Sequence record: CM010750.1
Direction: 5' to 3' (one strand)
DNA: 32,000 nt
Positions 8,096 through 18,415 of this stretch are shown here, in pieces. Each line of letters begins with the position of its first letter. The first letter of the stretch is position 1. The notes beneath the pieces are model-generated. The model had not been told where the DNA came from and ran no database searches. It was given only the letters and a program-made list of their open reading frames with translations. The position numbers and the translations under genes were made by a program.

Positions 8096-9314
8096 TAAGT
8101 ATAAGTCTAAGTTAGAGTATACTGCTTTATAATTGAACTGTAAAATTGTATTAGTGTGCCCTCTTGGGGAGAGATAGGAGAATAGCGTCCTTAAAAAGAC
8201 TGATCCGCAGGGTAGGAATATCTATTAGTCTGTAGGAGGCTCCTTCAATAGGCTACTGGAGGCTCTCTATGAACCCCCCTGTGTCTTGGAAATGATGTGA
8301 GGTAGAACCATCTATCATCCTAGAGGGCAGCTCAGATATCCCGAGGGATGGTAGACCTATCAGCAAGGATGGATCTTATCTCATGTTATCTTATGTGATC
8401 TGATTTTACATCCCTCTCCTCTCCTCTTTTCGGATGGTAGGTCCCTCTTATCTTATCTCTCACTCTCACTCTCACTCTTAGGGGACCGTAAACTACATCC
8501 CGGGGGGATCCCGAAGAAGTGGGATGTACGATCACTCTACGAGTGATCTAGTCTACCATCGTAGGATAGGATAGATTAGATTAGGATAGCTTACATCCCC
8601 CCTTCGGGGGAATATCCGCAGATAAAATATATACTAGGCCACCACACGTACTAAGGACTCCTAGTGATGGAGTAGACCCCACACACCTGAATCATGCAGC
8701 CACAACGACACCCTTTTTAGTACCACTTTACCGGGGAGGGGTCAACACACAAAAAAATCATTAGCCCTCATGAGGGACCATATTGTAGCGTCAGTGTTAC
8801 TGCTGACGTATTTATCCTTGTTTAGATGTGCCTAAGTTATGTTGAGTAGGGTAAGATATCTTCCTTAAGATCAGTAGAATTGAGTTCCTTTCTTATTCCC
8901 ACTCTAACATAAGAGTGGGGCCACCCCTTAGGGTCCTAAAAGGGTAGAGGTAAACATTGCCTCCCCGTGATCGGGTGAAGTAAATGGGAAATATAGAAAA
9001 TGTGTGTGCGAGTAGTTTACAGCTATCTTTAAAGAGGCAGTCTGTGAGTGTATAAGCTACTGTACTAGGCTATACTAGTGATATAACAGGATATAAGTAA
9101 GTATGGGATGGGTGTGGGTGTTATAAACTAGGCTAATCCGCAAGCAGGGGAGGATGAGGCATACCTTAGAGCCTTCCTGAAGGCTCTACCATCCCTAGAG
9201 AGTCTAGTGTCTTAAGGTGTAAAAATGTGAGATAAATAGAAGGGTGGTAGAGCTACGCTCACCCCCTTATCAAGGGATCAAGAGGTGAATGAGAAGAGAT
9301 TAGCACAAGAGAGA

Positions 9315-9339
9315 GTAGGTTCAAGTCCCACCCAATGAG
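9315..9339 (+). other. orphan tRNA 3'-half-like module (T-arm plus ccaatga); an inverted homologue lies at 13579-13602
   Basis: gtagg-ttcaagt-cccac-ccaatga is present, but no complementary 5' acceptor strand or anticodon arm was found upstream. Confidence 0.3.
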
Positions 9340-9500
9340 AGTGTTAAAATGATAAATGAGAAGAAAGAAATTAAAAAATACCGTTTTAATCTTAGTTACC
9401 AGAGTTCAACTTTAAGTGAGAGTACTTTTACCCTAGAGACCGTTAAATTAGAAGGATCTCTCCGAAGGGGTGAGTCTCAACAAGGTGTTTGTATCCACAC

Positions 9501-9583
9501 AAAGGTGTTGACATTGGTAGGTCAAGCGTATTTGAAATGCGTAGCGCTTCGCGGCGTTGCTGGTTCAATTCCAGCCATCTTTG
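9501..9583 (+). tRNA. trnS: tRNA-Ser (anticodon UGA) with long variable arm
   Basis: Acceptor aaaggtg/catcttt, D-arm tgac-attggtag-gtca, anticodon stem gcgta/tgcgt (two G-U pairs), loop tttgaaa, variable arm cgc-ttc-gcg and T-arm gctgg-ttcaatt-ccagc. It lies inside the spurious ORF 9349-9687. Confidence 0.8.
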
Positions 9584-10465
9584 ACATTCCAGTAAAAGAT
9601 CATTCACTTACCTATTCCCACAACACATACTATGACCATACACATACCATAGCCTACAGTATCGTTATGAATAATCTCCTATCGTAGATCTCTCCTTTCG
9701 GGATTGGCCGTAGGGCAATGGTAGATCCGTTAAGTAATGTATATAAGGAAGTTTATTAGTGAGCAGAGAGGTAAATAGGCAGGTGGATAGGAAAATATTT
9801 AAGTGACTAACTGAGTTGATACTCAATTCGTTACTATCCCTCTCCCCCAGAGATAGAGGTCTAAGTATGGTTGTAGATAGAGCTAAAGATAGACTTATAG
9901 TTACAATTAGAGCGATAGTTATACCTATGGTTGGGGCTAGATACATACACCTAAAACCTGCTCTTAGAAAAGATAAATCCCTCGGGATGGACGATCCATC
10001 GGATCTCCGATAGTTGTTACTACCTAGTATTGTCAGTTAAACTCCCGCACTTAAAGCTAGGGGAGTAGATAGGTCTTAAAATAAAGAGACACATATTATT
10101 CTCTCGGCTGAGTTACTTTTATATAAGGCATAGATATCTATAGTAAATGATATTGTAGTATATCACACAGGGTTACAATCCACACGGAAAAGCTAATTAT
10201 CATTGCCCCGGAGGGTGTCCCGGGGAGAGAGGGGACCCACATCCTCCACCATGATCCCCCTACGGGGTAATCATTCCCCCACTCCTGTAGACGCCCTCTC
10301 GATAGAGAATAACGGAGAGCCTGCCTGTAATCTCCTTCTCCCACCCTAGTTGGGAGGGGCTATCGTAGACCCGCTAAGGGATGGGGATGGACACCCCCGT
10401 TTCACGGGGGGGACCCTCTTACACTCCCTCCGGGAGTTCCTTCTGGAACCCTTAGAAGACAGGGA

Positions 10466-10539
10466 AGGCTGATAGCTCAATTTGGTAGAGCGTAGTGCTC
10501 ATAACACTCTGGTTAATGGTTCAAATCCATTTCAGCCTA
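10466..10539 (+). tRNA. trnM: tRNA with CAU anticodon (elongator Met, or Ile if C34 is modified)
   Basis: Acceptor aggctga/tcagcct, D-arm gctc-aatttggta-gagc, anticodon loop ctcataa and T-arm aatgg-ttcaaat-ccatt. There is no GGG/CCC run in the anticodon stem, so it is probably not an initiator. Confidence 0.85.
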
Positions 10540-10944
10540 TTTTAGTATTTACATCACCCCAGTTATTTCATTATGTAAGGCTAATACTAGACTTTCTGTG
10601 TTACGTATCATTATTCAGGGGTACTCCGAAGGAGAGGAGAGGTGCCTTTTGCACCTGCCCTTCATCATAGCATCCCCCGGTAATGCTATCCAGTCTCTTA
10701 CAAATGCACCATCTTTCTTCGGGATGTAAGATAGTGTAGGAATAGTAGAACTATCTGAAGGGATAGTTCTTACATCCCTTCGGGATAGAACCGTAGATAT
10801 AATTTAGATATAGACGTACACTCTGATTTATGAACTAGAGGTAAGTAGGGGTAACTAGCCAGATGCCTTCCTGGAAAAATAAGGGTCTATTATATCTGAG
10901 TGCGCGGTCACTGTAATATAATTTTTACTGCACCTGACACTTTT

Positions 10945-11327
10945 AGGGGGAGGGTAGAGTCCCCCACTCTTGAGTGGGGATCAGATCCGAAAAGAGGGAT
11001 GTGAGATCCATCCTTCCCAATGGAGCCTCTACCATCCCCGGGGGGATGAGGCATAAGATCAGATCACATGAGATAAGATCCATCCCTTCGGATCTACTAT
11101 GCCCTCCCCTCCCCTCCCCTCCCTCTTTTTCGAGGGAGGGGTAGTGACCCTCCTAAAGGCACCCCTTCCCTCCCCCGGTACCCTACCCTACCCCTACCCC
11201 TTCGGGGCAATGGTAGAGGCTCCCGCCATCAGGAAGGATGGATCTCACATCCCTGCTTTCGGATGGTGGAGGGGGGACAGGGACACCTTCGGTACCCTCG
11301 GGATATCTGAGCTGCCCTCTAAAATCT
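10945..11327. mobile_element. GC-rich element cluster inserted in the 3' major domain of rns
   Basis: It contains composite repeat copy 2 (10957-11104, about 97% identical to 2681-2843), a C-strand (CCCTA)n motif at 11178-11200 and a 65-nt unit at 11263-11327 identical to 16630-16694. Confidence 0.85.
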
Positions 11328-12285
11328 AAGGGGTAAAACTAAGAGAGGCATCCAATTATATGAAAAAGTAATGCTTGTGGGCAGGCTCAATGGGTGGTAG
11401 ATGAGGAGTACAGTGTATTGTGTTATGTGTTATGTAGAATAATCTTATGCAAGATAAGTGGTGTATAAAAGTATCAAGTGTATATAAGTTGTCTAGGTAA
11501 AATTTTTACTAAAAATAAAATTTATCAGTTTTCATATCTGTACCAACGTCAATTATTAGTTTGGGCGATAAGATGTCCTGCGTCTCATCATGTAGGTACT
11601 GCCTCACCTTGAAAGAGTACGTAGACACTTGATGAAAGATGAAAGTGGACTTAAAGTCATTCGCGGAGAGATGGCCAGACCATGGAGAAAGTTCCTGTAA
11701 TTAGTTTTTATAAAAATATGGACTTCATTTAAAGGGTAGGTAGTGTTGGGGGAGTACATATTTGTAGCTAGCTCTCTCTCTATACAGAGCAGATACTCAT
11801 GTAGGAGAGTATCTGTGGAGGACCACTTAGTACAGAACCTACCTAGAGGGTGCATGGGTTTTATTTAATTTTATTATATGATGTTTCACTCTTTTGTATA
11901 GAACTATTTCTACCAATTCATGTTTTTGGGGAGGTGTAAGAGATTTCTAACCATTAGGGACAGATTACTGGCACGCACACCAGTGGTTAGACACGTGTTA
12001 CCTATTCATCGCTCCGACGGCTTGCCCGACTCTGTATTACCGCGACTGCTGGCACAAATATGAGACTAGACTAATCAGAATGGTGATCATAATTTTCCAT
12101 TTTAACTCGATTATAAGCCTTCTGGGGGCATAAGGTGCCAATCAACTCTAGGTTACTGGTTCACACTTTCGTACAATATTGTCCACTGCGGCACATGGCC
12201 CTTGCACAGGGTTCACATTCCAGTCTGTCTTACATTCTCGAAAGTACATTCAGCACGATACAGCTGTAATTTAAAAAAGTTACTT

Positions 12286-12563
12286 ATCATATTCCCCCGA
12301 AGGGGTAGGGGTAGGGGTAGGGTAGGGTATCGGAGGAGGGGAGGGTTACCACCCGCTCTCCACCATATGATCCCCCTACGGGGTAATCATATTCCCCCGA
12401 AGGGGTAGGGGGTACGGTACCGGAGGAGGGGAGGGTGTCCCTGTCCCCCCCCCACCATGGTAGAGACAGGGTACCCTGCCTTCAGGAAGGATCGATCTTA
12501 TCTCATCTTATGCCTCATCCCTGCCCTCCCCTCGGATATGATCCCCCGGGTACCCGGGGTAAT
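12286..12563. mobile_element. GC-rich element cluster inserted in the 5' domain of rns (near E. coli position 320-340)
   Basis: It has two tandem related units, each starting atcatattcccccgaaggggtaggg (12286 and 12385), and (GGGGTA)n at 12302-12329. Imperfect direct repeats gttcacattccagtctg (12211-12227) and gttatattcagtctg (12602-12616) lie 75 nt below and 39 nt above the cluster, bracketing a larger insert of about 390 nt. Confidence 0.8.
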
Positions 12564-13578
12564 TATCTTAATGTGACAAAAGAGCGTGTTACTGGTAGTT
12601 AGTTATATTCAGTCTGACCGTGTGTCCTGGGTTGATCAACAGATAATCGTCAAGTAGCTGATGAGATTACAGCTGACCTTCGTGCTACAAACTAAGATTA
12701 CTTTATTGAAGCCGCCATTTTTAGAACATGGGACGCAAACGTACTCAAGGTTGGCACAGTACCAAAGTTCTTCTCCATCTAAGACTATGCAGCTGACATC
12801 GATCAAGCACGTTTATTCACAGGCTATTTAGTAAACACACTCTGTCACTAGATCTATAGACCCCTCCACGACTCCGAAGGAGGGCGTGTAGGAGGGCTCC
12901 CGCCCTCCGCGATGTAAACTATCCTATCTAATCTATCTAATCTACGGTCCCTAAAATATAAGAAGAGATAAGAGGGACCTACGATCCGAAGGATGTAAAC
13001 TATCCTATCCTACGGTCCCAAGACTAGAGGGACCCCACTCTACAGTGGGAAGTGGAGCTCATACTACACTGTTTTACAGCTTACTCTCTTGGTCAATATC
13101 ATCTTCCCATAGATTACTTGCTTGCCCACCATCACTATATCTACACCCTTACTGTTTATACCCTATAATAGCTAAAATATATTACTAATATGGTAATATT
13201 ACACTGATCTAACGATGTAATACCTATGATAAGCTAATAACATCCAAAGGGAGATCCCAAATAGTCAGATAAGTGGGGTGCCCCGAAGGGCTCCTAATTA
13301 TCCAGATGCCTTATATAATCTACATCAACCATATTTCCCTCCTAATCTTAGGTTTGTCACCTGTCGCCAGAGCTAATACCCAGTATGTATAAGATAGCTT
13401 TTGAGGTCTTTCGGGGCGATAGAGTTACATAATCTCTTTTAAACCCAAGGTAATATAACTATCTTTTTCAGAATAGGAAGTCTTCACCGAAAAAAGACAA
13501 GTGGCGTGTTAGGGGTAAACTTCAATTTTTTTTATTTTTAACACTCTCCGAGAGGCAGACATCTACCATCTTAACTTC

Positions 13579-13602
13579 TCATTGGGTAGGACTTGAACCC
13601 AC
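13579..13602 (-). other. orphan tRNA 3'-half-like module, inverted homologue of 9315-9339
   Basis: The reverse complement reads gtggg-ttcaagt-cctac-ccaatga. The flanks aagaggt.. and ..gagtgttaaaa are shared with the 9.3-kb copy. No cloverleaf can be completed. Confidence 0.3.
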
Positions 13603-16600
13603 ACCAGAAGTTATTATTTGAATGCTACCTCTTTAGTTAAGTAATAACTCCCTCTCACATTTATTCACTTACCTGTAGATAAGTTAATACTTATCCTGGG
13701 GAAGTATCTTATGTAGTGGTACGTTTGAAAAAGTCTAAGTATCATTACCCCGGGTACCCGAGAGATGGTAGAGCCATCAGCAAGGATCGATCTACCATCT
13801 CACATACAAATCCAGGGTACCCCCCCCCCCATCTTTTGAGAAAATATTCCGTAAAAAACTACCATAGTTGTATTGGGCTATGTAAATAAAAGCTATATGC
13901 TTCTACTGTCACTTCTGGGTTAGCTGGAGGTATTCCATGCTACTCATCGTAACTAAAACACATTATTCTACGACCAGCCGAGTATAATATCCATCTACAC
14001 CTTATTACCGCTAAATAAAATAAAATGAAGTAATGTGAACATTAATAGCTATGAAAACAACCCTCGGTCCTGTGGTCAGCTAGCATACAATAAACTGAGA
14101 AAAGGTGTACCAGTCATCATGTCAAATAGTAGAGCAGAGGCATCAGAAGTAATAGCTCTAAGATACATTCTTCGAATAGCAATCCCATTTTTTAGGGTCA
14201 TTAGAACTATTATACTAGGAGTAACTTCTTTATTGTGGGATCCGCAAGCAGGGGAGGATGAGACATACCTTGAGATAAGATGATACCTTTTCTGATGGCG
14301 GGAGGCTCTAGTATGGTGGGGGACCCACATCCTCCCCCAACAACTTCGTTTAAAACTATGGGTATATTGATTGATGATGTAGGTGTGATTATAAAAAGTG
14401 ATGAGTAATAACCGGGAGAGAAGTGTAAGTGAATGTATGAGCAGATGGAGGTAGAGGGATAGCTATATTGTCAGTGTGGTCTCCTTCTTTTTTAGGTAAG
14501 TATCGCAGATCCGTAGGCATGGGGATGGACACCCCGAGGGGTACTTCCTGAGATGGCAATAAAGAGTTGTATTGTCATATGAGCTAGAGATCCACCAATA
14601 TGAGATACTCAGTAGATACCCATAGGCTAACGAAAAAGATAAGAGTAGAACTATATGGAGATATGGGCTGGGAATCACCTTGGATGGTGGAGGGCGTGTA
14701 CCTGTACCTGTAGGTGTATACCTAGGAGGGTGCCTTCGGGGTTCAAGTAATTAAACCCGTCTAAAAAATTACTATTAAAAAAACAAATTAAGTGTAAATA
14801 TTTGACCAGACTTATCTTTTCATTCAACTAACTAATAATCACATAATTTAACAAGAGTATTTAAACTAATGAGGGGTCATCCTGAAAGGACACCATACCT
14901 TACCCCGCGCGAACAGGGATGATATATATTAATTTTAGGTACACAGTTGTTATCCATAATGGTTCAGATATATTCTAACCTACCCCTAGATATTCACCGA
15001 TTGTAAACTGTAGGATAACTAACACGTAATGAGTACATATGTAACCCTCTTTATAACAATTCACTAGTGTCTATAGGTGACGGAGGGTCTTATCTACTAG
15101 ATAGAATTTAGACTAATAGTTTTAGTAGGTTATACCCCCAGCCGTTTCCCTAAAACCCCAATGATGATATTGTATCCTACTTAATGCTAGACCAGGCCAC
15201 CACTCTAAGGGGAAACTCATAAAGACCCCCAGAGATGAAGAGGGGATAAAAATAAAATATCTGATAGGTGTGGGTTCCACAAAACTAGAAAAAAAACTCT
15301 CTCTAACGAGGAAGATATTTATATAGAAAGTAGTGGTATAATTATAAGTGTAAAAAAGGGAAGGGGGTAATAGATGTGCTTATAATGTAAGGAAAGCTAC
15401 TATAATAGAGATTGGTGGTGGAGAGATAACTACCAGACGACCTTCATATTTAGGCAGGGTGAATGTATCCACATTAGGTTAGGAATAGTGGTAGATAAAT
15501 ATTATATCTAAAATAATATTGTAGGGTTAGGAAGGTATTTAGTCTTACTATAGATAATACCTATGTACTAGGGAGGTGTTTACCCATCGGTGAATATCAA
15601 AAAGTGTGGAGAATAACCGGGAGACCTATCTTATTTTATTTGGGGTGGAAGGACTCGAACCTAGCAAATAGGTTGACACCTCATTAGTTTTACTGTGTAT
15701 TCGTCTTATTCCTTTTTCGTGTAAGTGGGCCGAGGTGCAACAGGAAACCAGTGTAGACATAGGATGTCCCAAATGGCAGGGGAGTAGAGGTGTTATTAGG
15801 TAATAGTAATAAGATATGTAGTGGTGTTGATGGTATTATATTTATTATTAATTAGGTACTGTGCTAAGTAGAAACATAAGAGGTATCTAGCTGTGTCCCC
15901 CGTACCAGGAAGACACAATCTTCACCTATTACAATTTTTGATAGTAGAGTAGTTTTTTTATATATAATGTCTATATGGGGAGGGGGTGTTAGAGTTAGAT
16001 GTTAAAGTAAGGAAGTGATGCCTAGATAAAGTGTGTCTAGTTAAAAGGGGAGGTTAAGATATAATTTTTGTAAAGGAGGAAGGGGAGATAACTAGGAATG
16101 GTAGAGGCTCCATTGGGAAGGATCGCTCTAGGGTAAGATAAAATAAGCTGAGATAAGCAAGAGAGAGTAAAACTGGGTATATGAAGGATAACCAGTCCAA
16201 AGATCAGGGGGCATCTCTACCACCCCACCGGGGTGAGACCAGAGACAGGGAGGCCTTAGCCCCTACGGGGTATTACTCGGTATACGGGTAACTCAAGAGG
16301 GTACCCTGAAAGCATAGAAAAGTGAATCAGAGAAGGGGAAGAGATATATCAGATAAGTAAGAGGGTACAGGCTTTGCTTCCTCAACTAGACTGACTGTAT
16401 CTGCCTTAAAGTATAGATGTAAAAATGGTGTACCGGAGGTGTAGGTGTATACCTAGGAGGGTCTCCCCTTATGATCCTCCACCATGGTGGAGGATGTGGG
16501 TCCCTCCTACATCCCCCTACGGGGGACCTACCATCCGAAAAGAGGAGAGGAGAGGAGAGGCAGGGATGTAACATCCATCCTTCCCAATGGAGCCTCTACC

Positions 16601-16629
16601 ATCCCCTCGGGAAAAGAGACTGTAAGAGG

Positions 16630-16694
16630 ATGGTGGAGGGGGGACAGGGACACCTTCGGTACCCTCGGGATATCTGAGCTGCCCTCTAAAATCG
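16630..16694 (-). repeat. 65-nt element copy identical to 11263-11327
   Basis: atggtggaggggggacagggacaccttcggtaccctcgggatatctgagctgccctctaaaatc is identical at both sites. The forward-orientation copy is at 21677-21735, and truncated copies are at 7777-7864, 8321-8347, 23511-23551 and 24512-24546. Confidence 0.9.
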
Positions 16695-16761
16695 TTCTCA
16701 TTTACATCTAGAGTGGATAGGATTGGTTCACGGGTAAGACTGGGTGCAGGAGCATAGACAG

Positions 16762-16843
16762 ACGGATGTGATGAAATTGGTAGCCGTGGTGCACTTAGGA
16801 TGCATTCCTTCGCAGGGTGTGGGTTCAAGTCCCACCATCCGTA
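16762..16843 (+). tRNA. trnL: tRNA-Leu (anticodon UAG) with long variable arm
   Basis: Acceptor acggatg/catccgt, a Leu-type D-region (tgatgaaattggtagccgtg), anticodon stem gtgca/tgcat, loop cttagga (G37), variable arm cct-tcgc-agg and T-arm gtggg-ttcaagt-cccac. Confidence 0.85.
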
Positions 16844-16859
16844 ACTTAAGACCTCTTTA

Positions 16860-17388
16860 TCGTAGATCCTTCCGGATGGATCTACCATCCCGGGGTACCG
16901 GGGGAGACCCTTTTAATCTAATATAGCCTATCCTAAAGGCATCTTCGATGGTGGAGGATGTGGGTCCCTCCCCCTCTTTCCCCGGAACCCCGTCCCTTCG
17001 GGGTTCCGTAGTCTAGTTTTAGGGGGGACAGGGACACCCTCCCCCTCCTTCGGTACCCCCGGGGTACCCTACCCTACCCTACCCTCGGGATTACTGCCCT
17101 CTCCGACAGGGGGATCCGAAAAGAAGGATGGATGTACCTTCAATCGTAGAGGGCCCGGGGGATAGACCATCCCTCCTTCGAAGGAGGGATGTACTCCGAA
17201 GGAGGGGGAGGGACCCACATCCTCCACCATATAGTATATGATCCCTTCTCTCCGAGAGCAAGCACTCTAACATCATCTTTTACATGCTTGCGGATGGTGG
17301 AGGGTCCCTTATAGTATATCCTATCCTAAAGGCATCTTCGATGCTACGAGGGTGGGGACCCTCGTATTCTACCCGCTCGGCGGGGGTC
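16860..17388. repeat. GC-rich element cluster filling the trnL-nad1 spacer and ending 1 nt before the nad1 ATG
   Basis: It starts with tatcgtagatc (16858-16868). It contains ggtggaggatgtgggtccctcc (16950-16971) and its reverse complement (17207-17228), and a C-strand (CCCTA)4 at 17067-17084. Confidence 0.9.
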
Positions 17389-18390
17389 ATGATATTTTGA
17401 ACCATATTGGCAGAATTAATAAAAATTTTAATAGTTACAATAACCGTATTAATTGGTCTAGCCTATTTAACGCTTTTAGAAAGAAAAGTTTTGGGATCGA
17501 TGCATTTAAGAATGGGACCCCAAGTAGTTGGTTTGTGAGGTTTATTACAACCTTTTGCCGATGCTGTAAAATTATTTAGTAAAGAAACCATATTACCTAA
17601 TCACTCTAATACTGCTATATTTTTAATAGCACCTATTTTATCTTTAGGGTTAGCCCTTATTGGATGAGCGGTTATCCCCTTTGGAAGTGGTTTAGTTTTA
17701 GCTGATTTAAACATAGGGGTCTTATATATGTTTGCTGTATCATCGCTAGGTGTTTACGCAATTCTCTGTTCTGGGTGAGCTAGTAATAGTAGATATCCTT
17801 TTTTAGGAGCACTAAGAGCATCTGCTCAAATGATTTCTTACGAAGTGTCTATTGGATTAATAATTTTAACCATAGTTATTTCAGCTGGCTCACTTAATCT
17901 AACTGAAATTGTTAACGCCCAACGGGGAATATGATATTTTATACCCCTATTTCCTGCCTTTTTAATGTTCTTTGTCTCTTCTTTGGCCGAAACAGCTAGA
18001 CAACCCTTCGATCTTCCTGAGGGAGAATCTGAGTTAGTTTCTGGCTATAACACCGAATATTCAGCATTAACTTTTGGGCTATTCTTTTTAGCTGAATATT
18101 CCCATATAATAATTATGTCCTTTTTTAATTCCATTTTGTTTTTTGGAGGGTGATTAGCACCCTTAGCTATAATTGAGATTAGCTTTATACCAGAAATTTT
18201 TTGGTTGGGGATAAAAGTTACTTTTTTTACCTTTTTATGAATTTGAACTAGGGCTGCTTTACCCAGAATGAGATTTGATAATTTAATGTACTTGGGGTGA
18301 AAATCTTACTTACCATTAAGCTTAGCTTACCTTATCTTTGTTGCTGGACAATTGATAGGTTTTGATATTATCCCCCCCATTGGTTTATAG
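17389..18390 (+). CDS. nad1: NADH dehydrogenase subunit 1
   Basis: 333 codons, ATG at 17389 and TAG at 18388-18390. ..[122 protein letters not shown] match the universal NAD1 motifs. Nine in-frame TGA codons occur, including those in conserved GW and WK. No GC element lies inside the gene. Confidence 0.95.
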
Positions 18391-18415
18391 TTTCATCCTC
18401 CAACGAAACCCATTC

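Larger units (their letters stand above)
10565..12845 (-). rRNA. rns: small-subunit rRNA (rns) or an rns-derived pseudogene, divergent; both ends approximate
   Basis: The reverse complement of 12034-12055 is GTGCCAGCAGTCGCGGTAATAC, the 530-loop with one mismatch to the universal sequence. The reverse complement of 12174-12192 is GCCGCAGTGGACAATATTG (E. coli about 350-370). The reverse complement of 11543-11563 is CAAACTAATAATTGACGTTGG (900 region). The 5' domain, GAAGGC..GTTAAAA and the 960-990 region are collinear. The 790 loop is poorly conserved, and the 1400 and 1500 decoding-site motifs could not be recognised. Confidence 0.55.

Noticed and set aside
9349-9687. 112-aa ORF on the plus strand
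   Set aside because: It contains the complete tRNA-Ser(UGA) gene (9501-9583), has no recognisable protein motif, and its composition is not coding-like.
9665-9946. Minus-strand ORF with a hydrophobic N-terminus (MYLAPTIGITIALIVTISLSLALS..) as a small membrane protein (atp8, atp9 or nad4L)
   Set aside because: It has no atp9, nad4L or atp8 signature, the remainder is hydrophilic and low-complexity, and it overlaps a repeat border.
17352-17579. 75-aa ORF overlapping the nad1 5' end
   Set aside because: It is in the wrong frame. The NAD1 frame starts at ATG 17389, and the track split nad1 because TGA was treated as a stop.
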